NCBI RefSeq assembly: GCF_036321535.1
Contig: NC_087436.1
Span: forward strand, 14,570,001-14,634,000
DNA: 64,000 bases
Direction of reading: 5' to 3'
Source: Camelus dromedarius
Lineage: Eukaryota
Shown here piece by piece: positions 63,416-64,000 of the stretch. The position numbers and the translations under genes are program-made. Position 1 is the stretch's first letter. The number at the start of each line of letters is the position of its first letter. The notes below the pieces were generated by a model, which saw only the letters and a program-made list of their open reading frames with translations, was not told where the DNA came from and did not search any database.

Positions 63416-64000
63416 TCTAGTGATGAATCTTGAGACTGCAAAGATTAAATGACTATCCCTGTATGTAGCAAAAGTCAGATTCACTGACTGTGTAATTCTT
63501 ATCTTAATTCCTGTCCTGACTATCATAATTCCTACACACGCACATACATACCTGTAGGTGCATAAATACATGCAGGTTCTCCTACTGATTTAAGGTTTAT
63601 TCTTTCCTTAATTGATTAATGTTTCACTAGTTCATATTCTGTTCTATTCAGATATTGAGGCTGATAATGACCAAAGATTGGCAGGGAAGCTCTTTCCTTG
63701 ATGTAAGTTCCTATTCTAATTAGACTAGCGCTGCTTTCAAGGGAAGGATGCTGTGTCAGCAGTTTAATTCATGCCTGTTTGCACTTTTCCAAGACTATAA
63801 AATGTTTCCCTAGCTACCTGATAATAGGCATCGGCAAATTCATTGTTTATTTTTTGAAAAAACATGGCATCTCCTTCGGTCAAAATAAAATATTGCCAGG
63901 TTGCTTGTTTTATGTTACTGCATTATGTTTATTATAAGAGTTTTCCTTTAGAGTAATTATAAATGAATATGAAATTAATTTGGTTAATATGAAGTTAACA

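Overview
This is an AT-rich mammalian window. It is very probably camelid (alpaca, llama or camel), because it carries tRNA-Ala-derived Vic-1-type SINEs and I saw no Alu, Bov-A or CAN SINEs. It reads as intronic sequence of a large gene transcribed on the + strand: the + strand is T-rich, most old L1 fragments are antisense, and the good splice motifs are on +. Much of it is decayed transposons: hAT Charlie and Zaphod transposase remnants, a near full-length Tigger1, an ERVL gag+LTR relic, MLT1 and MER21-group LTRs, L1, HAL1, L2, MIR and MADE2. None of the supplied ORFs looks like an intact host gene; they are TE remnants, a microsatellite frame or chance ORFs. The best non-repeat signals are (i) a 48-nt frame-preserving micro-exon candidate at 29427-29474 with a downstream RBFOX motif, (ii) a ~5-kb TE-poor block (about 51.5-56.5 kb) with TATA/CCAAT/GC-box motifs, locally retained CpGs, several donors and a 51-codon Cys-rich reading frame ending at a donor, and (iii) polypyrimidine-AG|GT candidate recursive splice sites. 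I could not name the host gene. I see no firm evidence of a wholly new system, and these three leads are hypotheses. Repeat family names come from recalled consensus sequences, not a database search.
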